From the NCBI GenBank assembly GCA_018823175.1, contig JAHJIY010000007.1:32725-96724 (forward strand): a DNA stretch of 64,000 bases, written 5' to 3'. This DNA is from Pseudomonadota bacterium. Lineage in GTDB: Bacteria; Desulfobacterota; Desulfobulbia; Desulfobulbales; JAHJIY01. The first letter of the stretch is position 1. Every line of letters begins with the position of its first letter. Both the position numbers and the translations under genes were made by a program. Positions 45,372 through 56,238 of this stretch are shown one piece after another. A model generated the notes under the pieces. The model did not search any database. It was not told where the DNA came from and worked only from the letters and a program-made list of their open reading frames with translations.

Positions 45372-45739
45372 TGACCAGAGAGCGTTTGTCTTTAGGACGC
45401 AGGGGTGAGGAACTGGCCTGCGCTTATCTGCAAAGTTGCGGTTATAAGATAATTGAGCGGAATTACCGGTCCAGACTTGGCGAAATTGATCTTATTGCGG
45501 AAGAAGCAGGCGTCTTGGTTTTTGTAGAGGTTAAAACCAGGAGTAATCTGAATTTCGGACATCCCCTGGAGGGAATCGGCCCTTTGAAAAGACGCAAGAT
45601 CGTTGTGGTTGCCCAGGAATATCTTGCTTCAACAAACCGGGTTGATATTAATTGCAGGTTTGACGCAGTATCTGTTCTGGTCGAAAAAGGGAAAGATCCG
45701 GAAATTGAAATTGTGGTAAACGCCTTTGAACTTAAATGA
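45371..45739 (+). CDS. yraN: YraN-family (UPF0102) endonuclease
   Basis: GEELACAYLQSCGYKIIERNYRSRLGEIDLIA…VFVEVKTR. Confidence 0.8.
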   Translation: MTRERLSLGRRGEELACAYLQSCGYKIIERNYRSRLGEIDLIAEEAGVLVFVEVKTRSNLNFGHPLEGIGPLKRRKIVVVAQEYLASTNRVDINCRFDAVSVLVEKGKDPEIEIVVNAFELK

Positions 45740-46743
45740 TTTGCCGTGACCCGCAGAAAAATATAGCTATTACTATGGGTTGTCCGGTGGGAATCGGGCC
45801 GGAGATAATTTTGCGTTTTATGGCCGATCCGGCGATGAAAAGTGATTACCGGCCGGTGGTCATCGGTGACCCTGGGGTTTTGGCGCGTTGTGCTTCCGAT
45901 TTGGGCATTGATCTTGATATTTGTCTTTGGCAACCGGGTCAAGTTCCAAAGGACGGTTGTCTTAATGTTTTTTCGGGGTCCGACCTTGCTGGAAACCATC
46001 AGTGGGGACAACCTGGCCTGCATACTGGGCGAGCGATGGGCGAATATATAGAGCAGGCGGTTAAACTGATCTTTGCCGGAGAAATGGCCGGACTGGTTAC
46101 CTGTCCTATTACCAAGTCGGCATTAAATAAGGCTGGGTACATTTATCCCGGTCACACCGAGATGTTGGCTTTTCTGTGTGATGCGCCTGATTATGCCATG
46201 ATGATGGCCGGCAATAAATTGCGGGTTACTTTGGTCACCATTCATGAAGGGATGGCGGCGGTGCCCCGGTTGATTGATCGGGCCGGGGTTCTGCGGATGA
46301 TTAAGATAACCGGTCGTGCCTTGCGGGTTGATTTTGGTATTTCTCACCCACGGATAGCGGTGGCCGGGCTTAATCCCCATGCCGGGGAAGCCGGCATGTT
46401 TGGCGATGAGGAGATATCCGAGATTTCTCCGGCCATAGCGGAGGCGGTGGCCCAGGGCTGGGACGTACAGGGCCCTTTTCCGCCGGACACGGTCTTTAAC
46501 AAGGCGGTGGCCGGACAATTTGACGCGGTCGTCTGCATGTATCACGATCAGGGTTTGATCCCGTTTAAGCTGTTGCATTTTGAAGACGGGGTTAACGTGA
46601 CTCTGGGGCTGCCGATTGTGCGGACTTCGGTGGATCATGGCACGGCTTATGATATTGCCGGGCAGGGGATTGCCAATCCGGCAAGTTTGGCCGCAGCTTT
46701 TCGGCTGGCCGGGGAGATTGTCCAAAACAGGAAGCGGCGGTAG
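45736..46743 (+). CDS. pdxA: 4-hydroxythreonine-4-phosphate dehydrogenase
   Basis: GCPVGIGPEI, YPGHTEMLA, NPHAGE, MYHDQGLIPFK and SVDHGTAYDIAG motifs. Confidence 0.9.
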   Translation: MICRDPQKNIAITMGCPVGIGPEIILRFMADPAMKSDYRPVVIGDPGVLARCASDLGIDLDICLWQPGQVPKDGCLNVFSGSDLAGNHQWGQPGLHTGRAMGEYIEQAVKLIFAGEMAGLVTCPITKSALNKAGYIYPGHTEMLAFLCDAPDYAMMMAGNKLRVTLVTIHEGMAAVPRLIDRAGVLRMIKITGRALRVDFGISHPRIAVAGLNPHAGEAGMFGDEEISEISPAIAEAVAQGWDVQGPFPPDTVFNKAVAGQFDAVVCMYHDQGLIPFKLLHFEDGVNVTLGLPIVRTSVDHGTAYDIAGQGIANPASLAAAFRLAGEIVQNRKRR

Positions 46744-46813
46744 ATGGGCAAATCAGATCTTAATAAGGGAATAAAACAAAGAAATCCCAGGGGAATTGCT
46801 GGTGAAAAATAAG

Positions 46814-47455
46814 ATGCAGCGCGGATTGCTTATCGCCTTTGAGGGGATTGACGGGACCGGGAAAACCACTCAGATCAAGATGCTGGCCTCCGCTCTTAAC
46901 GATATGGGTTTGCAAACGGTAGTCACTCGTGAGCCGACTGACGGCCCTTATGGTAAAAGGATTAGAGAACTTTATGTAAGCCGGGAGGGAGTCTCCGCTG
47001 CCGAGGAACTGGCTCTTTTTATCGATGATCGCCGGCAGCACGTTCGGGAATTGATTGAGCCATCTTTGGTGGCCGGCAAGGTGGTGCTTACCGATCGTTA
47101 CTATCTGTCAACCGCTGCTTATCAGGGAGTTGCCGGTCATGATCCTGAGGTAATTATTGCGCAGAATGAACTTTTTGCGCCAATTCCTGATCTGGTGTTT
47201 CTTTTAAAAGTGCCGCCCGCTCTGGGTGTGCATCGAATTTTAGATTTGCGGGGGGAGGCGCTTAATGATTTTGAACAGGAAGCAGGCCTGCAAAAGGTGG
47301 ATCAGATTTTTGATCAAATTAATCGGCCCTACATCAAGAGGATCGATGCCACCAGAACCGTGCCGGAGGTCCACGCTGATGTCATGTCTCATATCCAGAT
47401 ATTATTATACCGCAAGGGTACTTCCTGTGGGCGCATAAGTCTCGATGTCTCGTAA
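46814..47455 (+). CDS. tmk: Thymidylate kinase (C-terminal ~17 codons lie inside a repeat element)
   Basis: IAFEGIDGTGKTTQ P-loop and LTDRYYLST. The ATG at 46814 is preferred to the TTG at 46796. The last codons (…ILLYRKGTSCGRISLDVS) are encoded by repeat 47404-47500. Confidence 0.88.
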   Translation: MQRGLLIAFEGIDGTGKTTQIKMLASALNDMGLQTVVTREPTDGPYGKRIRELYVSREGVSAAEELALFIDDRRQHVRELIEPSLVAGKVVLTDRYYLSTAAYQGVAGHDPEVIIAQNELFAPIPDLVFLLKVPPALGVHRILDLRGEALNDFEQEAGLQKVDQIFDQINRPYIKRIDATRTVPEVHADVMSHIQILLYRKGTSCGRISLDVS

Positions 47456-47500
47456 ACTCGCTTATCGGTTTGAGTCGATTAGCGACTCAACTCAGCTTTA
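47404..47500 (-). repeat. Interspersed hairpin/TATAAT element, long form, antisense to flanking genes
   Basis: The minus strand reads TAAAGCTGAGTTGAGTCGctaatCGACTCAAACCGATAAGCGAGTTTACGAGACATCGAGACTTATGCGCCCACAGGAAGTACCCTTGCGGTATAAT. It overlaps the tmk stop. Confidence 0.8.
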
Positions 47501-47595
47501 TTGGAAAAAGGGCTGGCTGTATAAGGGACATTCCTGTAATATTTAAGGTTTTAAAGGATTGTCAGCATACTTTTTGTAATGGAAGGAACTTTTTG

Positions 47596-49305
47596 ATGAA
47601 AAAAATATTATGGTTTTTACTCTTTCTGGCCTGCTTTTGTGTCTCTTGTTCTGTGGGGGCTGGTACCAAGGTTAAGCTCGCTGAGGGTTTAGATCCATCG
47701 GTTGAGGCGGTCGACCAGGAGTGCGCGGTCTTTTATTTTCTGTGGGGACAATCAGCCGAGCTTGAAGGTCTTTACGAGGAGTCTCGGGAGGCCTATGAGA
47801 AGGCGCTGGTTTGTGATCCGACCGGGGAATATATCATGCGGAAACTGGCGATGCTCCTGATCAATATGGACAAGAGACGAGAAGCCGCCGCCTGGATGAA
47901 TCGCCTGATCGAAAGAAATCCAAAGGATGAAGATGCCCGGTCGTTACTGGTTAATTTGTATGCCTCGATGGGGGAGGTGGACCGGGCAGCGGAAATTTAT
48001 CTGGAGATGCTCAAGGTTGATCCGAACAATTATAATGTGATGTTGTTATTGGGAGCCCTCTATGCCAGGAACCAGGATTTTGTCAAGGCCAGGACAATTA
48101 TGGAGGACCTGGTCAAAAAAGATGAAAAGTCCTTTGTCGGCTATCATTATCTGGCAAAAATTTATCGTGATTTACAACTGTATAGCAAGGCTGGAAAAGC
48201 CTATGAGAAGGCCCTGGAACTTAATTGGTCCGTAATGCTGGCATTTGAGGCGGCTGATTTTCTGGAAGAACAGAAAATATACGAGCCGGCGATTGATCTT
48301 TATAAAAAAATCCTGCAGGAGGATGAGACCGACGAGAAGGCCAGAGGCCGGTTGGCCAGACTTTACCTGAAAATGGACAAGGTTGATCTGGCGCTGACTG
48401 AGTTGAAGGAGTTGCGACTTTATGTCGAAGATGAGTTGCCGGTAGATCTTGCGGTAAGCCGGATCCTGATGGAGGAAAAGAGATTTGATCAAGCAATTGA
48501 GCTGTTGCTCACAGTTTTAAAGAAGGACCCGGAATTCGTAGAGGCTCGGGCCCTCCTGGCCTTGATTTATTATGAAACAGGGGACAATGATAAGGCCATG
48601 AAATTGCTGCATCAGGCGAAGCCGGGGTCTGCCAATTATGAAGAGTCCGTGCTTTTCCTGGCCCGGATATTACAAGAATCAAAGGATTTTGAGGGGGCGG
48701 CGCAATTACTGGAAAACAAGATTGCCGATAAGTTGACCCGCAAAAAGAGTTTTTATGTGATGCTTGCGACGATCTATATGGAGCAAAAGAAACCGGCCCA
48801 GGCTGAGCAGGTATTTTTGCGGGCCATGGATGTCTTCCCGCAGGACGCCAAGCTTATTTTTGAATATGCCTTGTTCCTGGAGGAAAAAGGGGACCAGAAA
48901 AAGGCGATAGAATATATGGCGAAGGTCCTGGAGATTAATCCCCGGGATCCCTATGCTTTAAATTATCTGGGTTATGTCTGGGCTGAGAACGGAGAGAATC
49001 TTGAGCAGGCGTTGGAATATATCAAGGCGGCCATTGCCATCAGGTCGGAGGATGGTTTTGTCAGAGACAGTCTGGGCTGGGTTTATTTTAAGCTTGGCAA
49101 GATCGAGCAGGCCATTGTCGAATTGCAGAAGGCCAGGGAAATGGAACCTGAAGATCCTACCATTAATGAACATCTGGGTGACGCTTTTGTTAAAGCGGGG
49201 CAGTATAAAAAAGCGCTTGTTGCCTATGAGAAGGCATTGAGTTTAGCGGGGAATAAAACAGATCGGGCCAAGATAAAAAGTAAAATTGAGGCCCTGAACA
49301 AGTAA
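47596..49305 (+). CDS. Secreted TPR-repeat protein
   Basis: ATG 47596 gives signal peptide MKKILWFLLFLACFCVSC. More than 10 TPR-like repeats run through the protein. Confidence 0.75.
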   Translation: MKKILWFLLFLACFCVSCSVGAGTKVKLAEGLDPSVEAVDQECAVFYFLWGQSAELEGLYEESREAYEKALVCDPTGEYIMRKLAMLLINMDKRREAAAWMNRLIERNPKDEDARSLLVNLYASMGEVDRAAEIYLEMLKVDPNNYNVMLLLGALYARNQDFVKARTIMEDLVKKDEKSFVGYHYLAKIYRDLQLYSKAGKAYEKALELNWSVMLAFEAADFLEEQKIYEPAIDLYKKILQEDETDEKARGRLARLYLKMDKVDLALTELKELRLYVEDELPVDLAVSRILMEEKRFDQAIELLLTVLKKDPEFVEARALLALIYYETGDNDKAMKLLHQAKPGSANYEESVLFLARILQESKDFEGAAQLLENKIADKLTRKKSFYVMLATIYMEQKKPAQAEQVFLRAMDVFPQDAKLIFEYALFLEEKGDQKKAIEYMAKVLEINPRDPYALNYLGYVWAENGENLEQALEYIKAAIAIRSEDGFVRDSLGWVYFKLGKIEQAIVELQKAREMEPEDPTINEHLGDAFVKAGQYKKALVAYEKALSLAGNKTDRAKIKSKIEALNK

Positions 49306-50123
49306 TGCCCCGAGCAACTTCTGTTGTTTTCAACCACCTGATATTTCTGGGTTTTTTCCTGTCTTTTTGTCTTGTCGGTTGCGTGTCCCTGCCGAATCTG
49401 GTTTCGGTGACCAAGCCTGAAGGGCTTGAGGTGAAGGCTGCTTTTAAGGAAATGGTTCGCCGGCAGAAGGAATGTCGTTGCGGGGTGGATGCCAGGGCCA
49501 GCGTTACCTTGAAAAATCTTGTTTTTGCCGGCACCATTGACGGCTATCTGCAGGCCATGGCGCCTTCTTCGCTGAAGTTCGTCGGGGTTAATCCTTTTGG
49601 TCAGCCTCTGCTGGCCCTGACCACTGATGGCGAAAATTTCCGGTATCTGGATTTCACCGAAACAAAAAGTATCGAAGGCAGTGTGGCCAGCGATTTATTC
49701 CAGAAATATCTGCCTTCGGGATTTGCGGCGGATTTCGGATTTTATTGGATCATTGGTCGATTGCCGCCCGGTTTGGTCAAAATATTGTCGGTGGCCCGGG
49801 ACAAGACGGAAGATGGATACTGGCTGGAGTTGGAGCGCGGCAAGGATTTATTTAATAGTATGGTCTTTTTTAATCCGGACCTCGGAGTATTAAAAAGACA
49901 TCTGTTGCGGAATGAAAAAGGAGATATCTTGCTTGACATTCAATATGACAATTATCAGAGCGACTCGGTCTGTCCTTTGCCCGGCGAGGTGATTTTGTTG
50001 TCCGGAAATCATAGCGGCTCCCTGCATATCAAGCTGGCCGACTGGGATAAGACCGGCGTCTTTTCCGCGGCGGATTTTGTGGTCGAAATACCACCAGGTT
50101 TTAAGCAGGTCAGGATCAAATGA
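49305..50123 (+). CDS. Outer-membrane lipoprotein, LolB/DUF4292-like (tentative)
   Basis: Lipobox FCLVGC. About 270 aa with a beta-rich pattern. Start overlaps the TPR gene stop by 1 nt. Family assignment is tentative. Confidence 0.55.
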   Translation: MPRATSVVFNHLIFLGFFLSFCLVGCVSLPNLVSVTKPEGLEVKAAFKEMVRRQKECRCGVDARASVTLKNLVFAGTIDGYLQAMAPSSLKFVGVNPFGQPLLALTTDGENFRYLDFTETKSIEGSVASDLFQKYLPSGFAADFGFYWIIGRLPPGLVKILSVARDKTEDGYWLELERGKDLFNSMVFFNPDLGVLKRHLLRNEKGDILLDIQYDNYQSDSVCPLPGEVILLSGNHSGSLHIKLADWDKTGVFSAADFVVEIPPGFKQVRIK

Positions 50124-52630
50124 CGATTGAAGAACTGATTTCCAGGGTAAAAAAACCCAGCCGGTATTGCGGTAACGAATTTAACGTCACTAAAAAGGTT
50201 TGGGACCAGGTTTCCTTGCGCATAGCTTTGATCTTCCCGGACCTTTATGAGATCGGCATGTCCCATCAGGGACTGCAGATTCTTTATCATATCATAAACA
50301 ATCAGGCGAATTTGCTGGCTGAACGGGCCTATGCCCCTGACCTTGACATGGAGGCCCTTTTGCGGAGCAGGGGGGAGGAGCTGTTCTCCCTTGAATCTCA
50401 TCGTCCTCTCAAGGAATTTGATCTGCTTGGCATTACCTTGCCTTACGAACTCTGTTATTCAAATATTCTGACTGTTCTCGATCTGGCCGGTATTCCTTTT
50501 CGTTCTGTCGATCGGGATCAGAGCTATCCTCTAATCATTGGTGGCGGCCCCGGTGCTTTTCATCCCGAACCGGTGGCTGATTTTTTTGATGCAATTTTAC
50601 TGGGTGACGGCGAGGAAGCGATTATTGAAATAGCCCAAATTGTAATGCGGGCCAAGGAGCAGGCGGTTGATCGCCGGGAGACTCTGCAGCGTCTGGCCGC
50701 CTTGCCGGGCATCTATATTCCGTCCCTGTTTGAACCGGTCTATGACGAGGAAGGGGTTTTTCAGGATATAAAGCCGTTACAGGCAGATTATTCCAAGGTC
50801 AGGCGGCGAGTGTTGCCTGATATTGAGGATGGTGGCGGGGAACCGCCACTTGTGCCTTTGGCCCGGGTGGTCCATGATCGGCTGGGAATTGAGATTGCCC
50901 GGGGCTGTACCCGAGGCTGCCGTTTCTGCCAGGCCGGGGTTATCTACCGGCCGGTCCGGGAACGGTCCATGGAACGGGTGATCGAATTGGCCCGTAAGGG
51001 TATTGCGGAAGGCGGTTTTGATGAACTCGCTTTGTTGTCTTTGAGCACCGGGGATTACTCGTGTATTGCTCCCCTGCTCGGCAGGTTGATGGATGAATTC
51101 AGTAAAGCAAATGTGTCTGTTTCGATGCCGTCGATGCGGGTGGGAACCCTGACCCCGGAGATTATGTCTCAGATCAAGCGGGTCCGGAAAACCGGTTTTA
51201 CTCTGGCGCCGGAAGCCGGAACAGACAGATTGCGGCGGGTGATCAACAAGGGTATTACCGAGGATGATTTGCTCAGCAGCAGTAAGGCAGCCTTTGAGCT
51301 TGGCTGGAAGTTGTTGAAATTTTATTTTATGTTCGGTTTACCTACTGAAACCGAAGATGATCTGGCTGCAATTCCGGAGTTGGTGAAAAAAGCTCGACAG
51401 ACCGGCAAAGGCGGCGGCCATAAAATTAATGTTAGTGTCGGGACTTTTGTTCCTAAACCTCATACTCCGTTCCAGCGTGAGCCACAGCTGTCGATCGGCG
51501 AAGGGTTTACGCGGATTAATTTTTTGAAAGAGCGTTTGCGCGGCAATGGTTTTCAGCTTAAGTGGAATGATCCTCGGCAGAGTTTTCTGGAAGGGGTTTT
51601 ATCCCGTGGTGATCGCAAGCTCGCTCAGGTGATTGAGGCGGCCTGGCGTCTTGGCGCCCGGCTTGATGCCTGGTCTGATTATTACAAGCTCGATACCTGG
51701 CGTCAGGCCGCGGATGAGTGCGGGATTGATCTTGAATATTATCTGCGTCGCCGATTGCCCGAAGAAAATTTGCCCTGGCAGCATCTGGACGCGGGGTTGG
51801 ATGATGAGTTTTTTAAACAGGAATATGAGAAGGCCCTTAACGAAATATATACCCCGGATTGTCGGGTACACGGTTGTCAAAAATGCGGACTATGTGATTT
51901 TAAGACGGTGAAACCGATCGTTAATTCTTGTCCTCAATTCGAACCGACCGCAGAAAAAGAGATTGCGTCGGCAGAAAAAAAAGTAACTGCGGCCATTCAT
52001 TTTGTCTATCGATTCGACTATGCCAAGCTGAATGAGGCCAGATTTCTTGGACATCTGGAGGTAATTCAGATGTTTTTCAGGGTTTTTCGGAGGCTTGATC
52101 TGCCGATCAATTATTCACAAGGTTTCAGTCCGTCTCCCAAGGTTTCATTCAGTCCGGCTCTACCGCTGGGAACTGAAAGTATGGCTGAGTATTTTGTGGT
52201 TGATCTCTTTGAACCACTGCAGGATATCAATGGAATGTTAACCGCGATAAACAGGTTGCTGCCGGGCGGTTTTGAAATTATCGGGATTGCATATGACGGC
52301 AGTGATCTTGGTCAGAAGGGCCAGGCCTGCTACCGGATTACTCTTGGCAAAGAGTATCAGCAAGGCGATCTTGAAAAGTTTATGGCGGCGGCGACCTTTG
52401 ATATCCGGCTCAGTCGGAAAGGAAAGGAGCGAAAGATTGATGGACGATCAATGGTCACTGATCTTCGGATGAGCGAGGATAAGAAGATCGATCTGGTCTT
52501 AAATAGTGAAGTGGGCCAGGCCGGGATTAAACCTATGGAGTTGTTGGCGGCTGTCCTGGGGCTTTCCGATGAGGATGTTCTTGATTCCCGGGTGATTAAA
52601 TTGTGGTATCGGGAGGATGATGGCAAGTAA
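50120..52630 (+). CDS. Radical SAM protein (B12-binding-like N-terminus; TIGR03960-like) fused to DUF2344-like C-terminal domain
   Basis: The CTRGCRFCQAG cluster motif follows an N-terminal Rossmann-like region. The C-terminal ~230 aa (FVYRFDYAKLNEARFLGHLEVIQMFFRVFRRLDLPINYSQGFSP) matches my memory of DUF2344. Confidence 0.8.
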   Translation: MTIEELISRVKKPSRYCGNEFNVTKKVWDQVSLRIALIFPDLYEIGMSHQGLQILYHIINNQANLLAERAYAPDLDMEALLRSRGEELFSLESHRPLKEFDLLGITLPYELCYSNILTVLDLAGIPFRSVDRDQSYPLIIGGGPGAFHPEPVADFFDAILLGDGEEAIIEIAQIVMRAKEQAVDRRETLQRLAALPGIYIPSLFEPVYDEEGVFQDIKPLQADYSKVRRRVLPDIEDGGGEPPLVPLARVVHDRLGIEIARGCTRGCRFCQAGVIYRPVRERSMERVIELARKGIAEGGFDELALLSLSTGDYSCIAPLLGRLMDEFSKANVSVSMPSMRVGTLTPEIMSQIKRVRKTGFTLAPEAGTDRLRRVINKGITEDDLLSSSKAAFELGWKLLKFYFMFGLPTETEDDLAAIPELVKKARQTGKGGGHKINVSVGTFVPKPHTPFQREPQLSIGEGFTRINFLKERLRGNGFQLKWNDPRQSFLEGVLSRGDRKLAQVIEAAWRLGARLDAWSDYYKLDTWRQAADECGIDLEYYLRRRLPEENLPWQHLDAGLDDEFFKQEYEKALNEIYTPDCRVHGCQKCGLCDFKTVKPIVNSCPQFEPTAEKEIASAEKKVTAAIHFVYRFDYAKLNEARFLGHLEVIQMFFRVFRRLDLPINYSQGFSPSPKVSFSPALPLGTESMAEYFVVDLFEPLQDINGMLTAINRLLPGGFEIIGIAYDGSDLGQKGQACYRITLGKEYQQGDLEKFMAAATFDIRLSRKGKERKIDGRSMVTDLRMSEDKKIDLVLNSEVGQAGIKPMELLAAVLGLSDEDVLDSRVIKLWYREDDGK

Positions 52631-52804
52631 ACTGTTGGAACATGCAAAGTGGAATGTGCCCCATGGGCATTTCAGTCGGGGAGCTATTTGCATCGGTAGT
52701 TAGTGAGTATGATTTCAAGTTCTTTCATACTGCGGTAAATGATAGACTCCCGGGTGGCATAAAAAAAGTCCGGCTTTGCTGGATCAGGTAATAGAGGCGG
52801 GACA

Positions 52805-54343
52805 ATGGCTACAGATTTGATTATTAATGCGACTTCATTTGAAATTAGGGTCGCTCTGGTTGAGTACGGCAATTTAGTCGAATTCTACCTGGAAAGGCCG
52901 GCCGAAAAAGGGTTGGTCAGTAATATATATCATGGTCGGGTGAAAAGGGTTTTGCCCGGCATGCAAGCGGCTTTCGTCGATGTAGGATTGGAGCGCACCG
53001 GTTTTCTTTATGTTGATGATGTGTTTGTTAATCAGGTGGAAGGTGAGAGAAATATATTCCCTTGCGACCAGGACGAGGAAAACGGGAATTGTTGCGGGAC
53101 AGTATCAGATGCCCCGATTGATCGCCGCTCGCCGGGCATGAATATTGAGGACTTGCTGACCGAGGGGCAGGACATCCTGGTTCAGATCTGCAAGGATCCG
53201 ATTGGGACCAAGGGAGCCCGATTGACCTGCAATATAACTCTGCCTTGTCGTAATCTTGTTTTTATGCCGATGACCAATCATATCGGGATCTCTCGCAAGA
53301 TTGAGGATGAAGAGGTTCGGGATCGACTGCGTGAAGATATCGAGGATCTGCGTCCGGCCGGCACAGGATTTATTGTCAGAACGGTCGGTGAAAATGCTTC
53401 CAAGGAAGATCTTGAGGCAGATATGGAATTTCTTCTTCATCTGTGGGGGGAAATTCAGGATAAAACAAGGTCCGTGCCCAGTCTGGTTTACGAGGATCTG
53501 GATATAACCCTGCGGGCGGTGCGGGATATTATTTCTCCGTCGGTGGATCGTCTGGTCATAGATGACCGCAAGGTCTATGAACGGATTTTAAAATTTGTTG
53601 ATACCTTTGCCCCGCATCTGGCCCCCAAGATCCATCTTTATGATGAGGTGCCGCCGGTCTTTGATGTGTACGGCATTGAAATGGATGTTAACCGGGCCCT
53701 TGATAACAAGATCTGGTTGCGTTGCGGCGGCTATATCATTATCGATGCCACCGAGGCTTTGACGGTGGTTGATGTGAATACCGGCCGTTATGTCGGCAAG
53801 AATGATCTTGAGGAAACCATTTTCAAGACCAATATGGAGGCGGTCAAGGAGATCGCCTATCAGTTAAGACTCCGGAATATCGGCGGGATTATTATTATCG
53901 ATTTTATTGACATGGAAGTGGAATCCCATCGGGATGAGGTGTTTCGTGCCCTGAAGGAGGCGGTCAAAAAGGATAAAAGCCGGGTCAATATTCTGCGGAT
54001 TTCGGAATTTGGTTTGGTCCAGATGACCAGAAAAAGAAGCTCTGAAGATCTGTCTCATATGCTTTGTGAGCCTTGTCTTTATTGTCATGGCGATGGGATT
54101 TTGAAATCGCGCCGGACGGTGTGTTACGAAATTTTCAGAAAGATCAGCCGGAATGCCAGCAAGATTCCGGCCCGTAACGTTACAATCTCGGTCCACCCCC
54201 ATGTTGCCACAATGATGTTGAAGGAGGAGGCGGCGACCATCCATAATCTTGAGGAGGAGACGGGCAAGCGGATTACAATTGTGCCGATCAAGGACCTACA
54301 CCTGGAAAAATATGAGATAGTTTGGGGCGTCGGTATGAGCTGA
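52805..54343 (+). CDS. rng: Ribonuclease G/E-family endoribonuclease
   Basis: S1 domain NIYHGRVKRVLPGMQAAFVDVGLERTGFLYV; catalytic region GGYIIIDATEALTVVDVNTG and GIIIIDFIDM; 512 aa, so Rng-sized. Confidence 0.85.
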   Translation: MATDLIINATSFEIRVALVEYGNLVEFYLERPAEKGLVSNIYHGRVKRVLPGMQAAFVDVGLERTGFLYVDDVFVNQVEGERNIFPCDQDEENGNCCGTVSDAPIDRRSPGMNIEDLLTEGQDILVQICKDPIGTKGARLTCNITLPCRNLVFMPMTNHIGISRKIEDEEVRDRLREDIEDLRPAGTGFIVRTVGENASKEDLEADMEFLLHLWGEIQDKTRSVPSLVYEDLDITLRAVRDIISPSVDRLVIDDRKVYERILKFVDTFAPHLAPKIHLYDEVPPVFDVYGIEMDVNRALDNKIWLRCGGYIIIDATEALTVVDVNTGRYVGKNDLEETIFKTNMEAVKEIAYQLRLRNIGGIIIIDFIDMEVESHRDEVFRALKEAVKKDKSRVNILRISEFGLVQMTRKRSSEDLSHMLCEPCLYCHGDGILKSRRTVCYEIFRKISRNASKIPARNVTISVHPHVATMMLKEEAATIHNLEEETGKRITIVPIKDLHLEKYEIVWGVGMS

Positions 54344-54538
54344 TCTTGTTTTAGACTTACGATTTAAATTTTAAACTTTGCTCTATTGTCTTATTTGTAG
54401 CTTGACAATTTGGGGCATTATGGTATCTATGTCTGTTTCAATTTTAAGATGTATTTAAGTTAAGTATTTTCCTGCGGCTTGCAATTGCATTTGGGAGTTG
54501 ACTGGAATGATGAATATCAGTTTTTGGAGGAATACAGC

Positions 54539-54850
54539 ATGTACGCAATTATTCGTACCGGCGGCAAACAATATCAGGTAGAGTCGGGTGCCCGGCTTCG
54601 GATTGAAAAACTTGATGGCAATGTCGGCGATAAAGTTGAGTTGATCGACGTTTTGATGGTTACAGATGGTGAAGAGGTGAAGGTCGGCCAACCACTTCTG
54701 GCAGGCGCCAAAGTTACCGCTACTATTGTCGAGCAGGGTAAGGCTAAAAAGGTTGTGGTTTTCAAAAAGAAACGTCGCAAGGGTTATCGGGTTAAAAATG
54801 GACATCGTCAGATGTTCACCGGCCTGGAAATTAATGAGATTTCAGCATAA
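54539..54850 (+). CDS. rplU: 50S ribosomal protein L21
   Basis: MYAIIRTGGKQYQV at ATG 54539, preceded by GGAGGAA. Confidence 0.95.
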   Translation: MYAIIRTGGKQYQVESGARLRIEKLDGNVGDKVELIDVLMVTDGEEVKVGQPLLAGAKVTATIVEQGKAKKVVVFKKKRRKGYRVKNGHRQMFTGLEINEISA

Positions 54851-54887
54851 TCTTGTGTTAACGTTTGTAAAATAATGAGGTGTTATT

Positions 54888-55154
54888 ATGGCCCATAAAA
54901 AAGCGGGCGGTAGCTCAAGGAACGGACGCGACAGCTCCGGTCAGAGACGTGGAGTTAAGAGATTCGGCGGACAGGAAGTCACGGCAGGGAGCATTTTGGT
55001 TCGGCAGCTGGGAACCAAGATCCATCCCGGAACCAATGTCGGCCTTGGTCGTGATTATACTCTGTACGCTAAAGTTGATGGTGTAGTAACTTATGAGAAT
55101 TTTGGTCGGGATCGCAAGCGGGTAAGTGTCTATCCGATCGAAGCAACTTCCTGA
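54888..55154 (+). CDS. rpmA: 50S ribosomal protein L27
   Basis: [24 protein letters not shown]. Confidence 0.95.
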   Translation: MAHKKAGGSSRNGRDSSGQRRGVKRFGGQEVTAGSILVRQLGTKIHPGTNVGLGRDYTLYAKVDGVVTYENFGRDRKRVSVYPIEATS

Positions 55155-55170
55155 TTCAATTAGATCTTAA

Positions 55171-56237
<1,067 letters not shown>

Positions 56238-56238
<1 letters not shown>

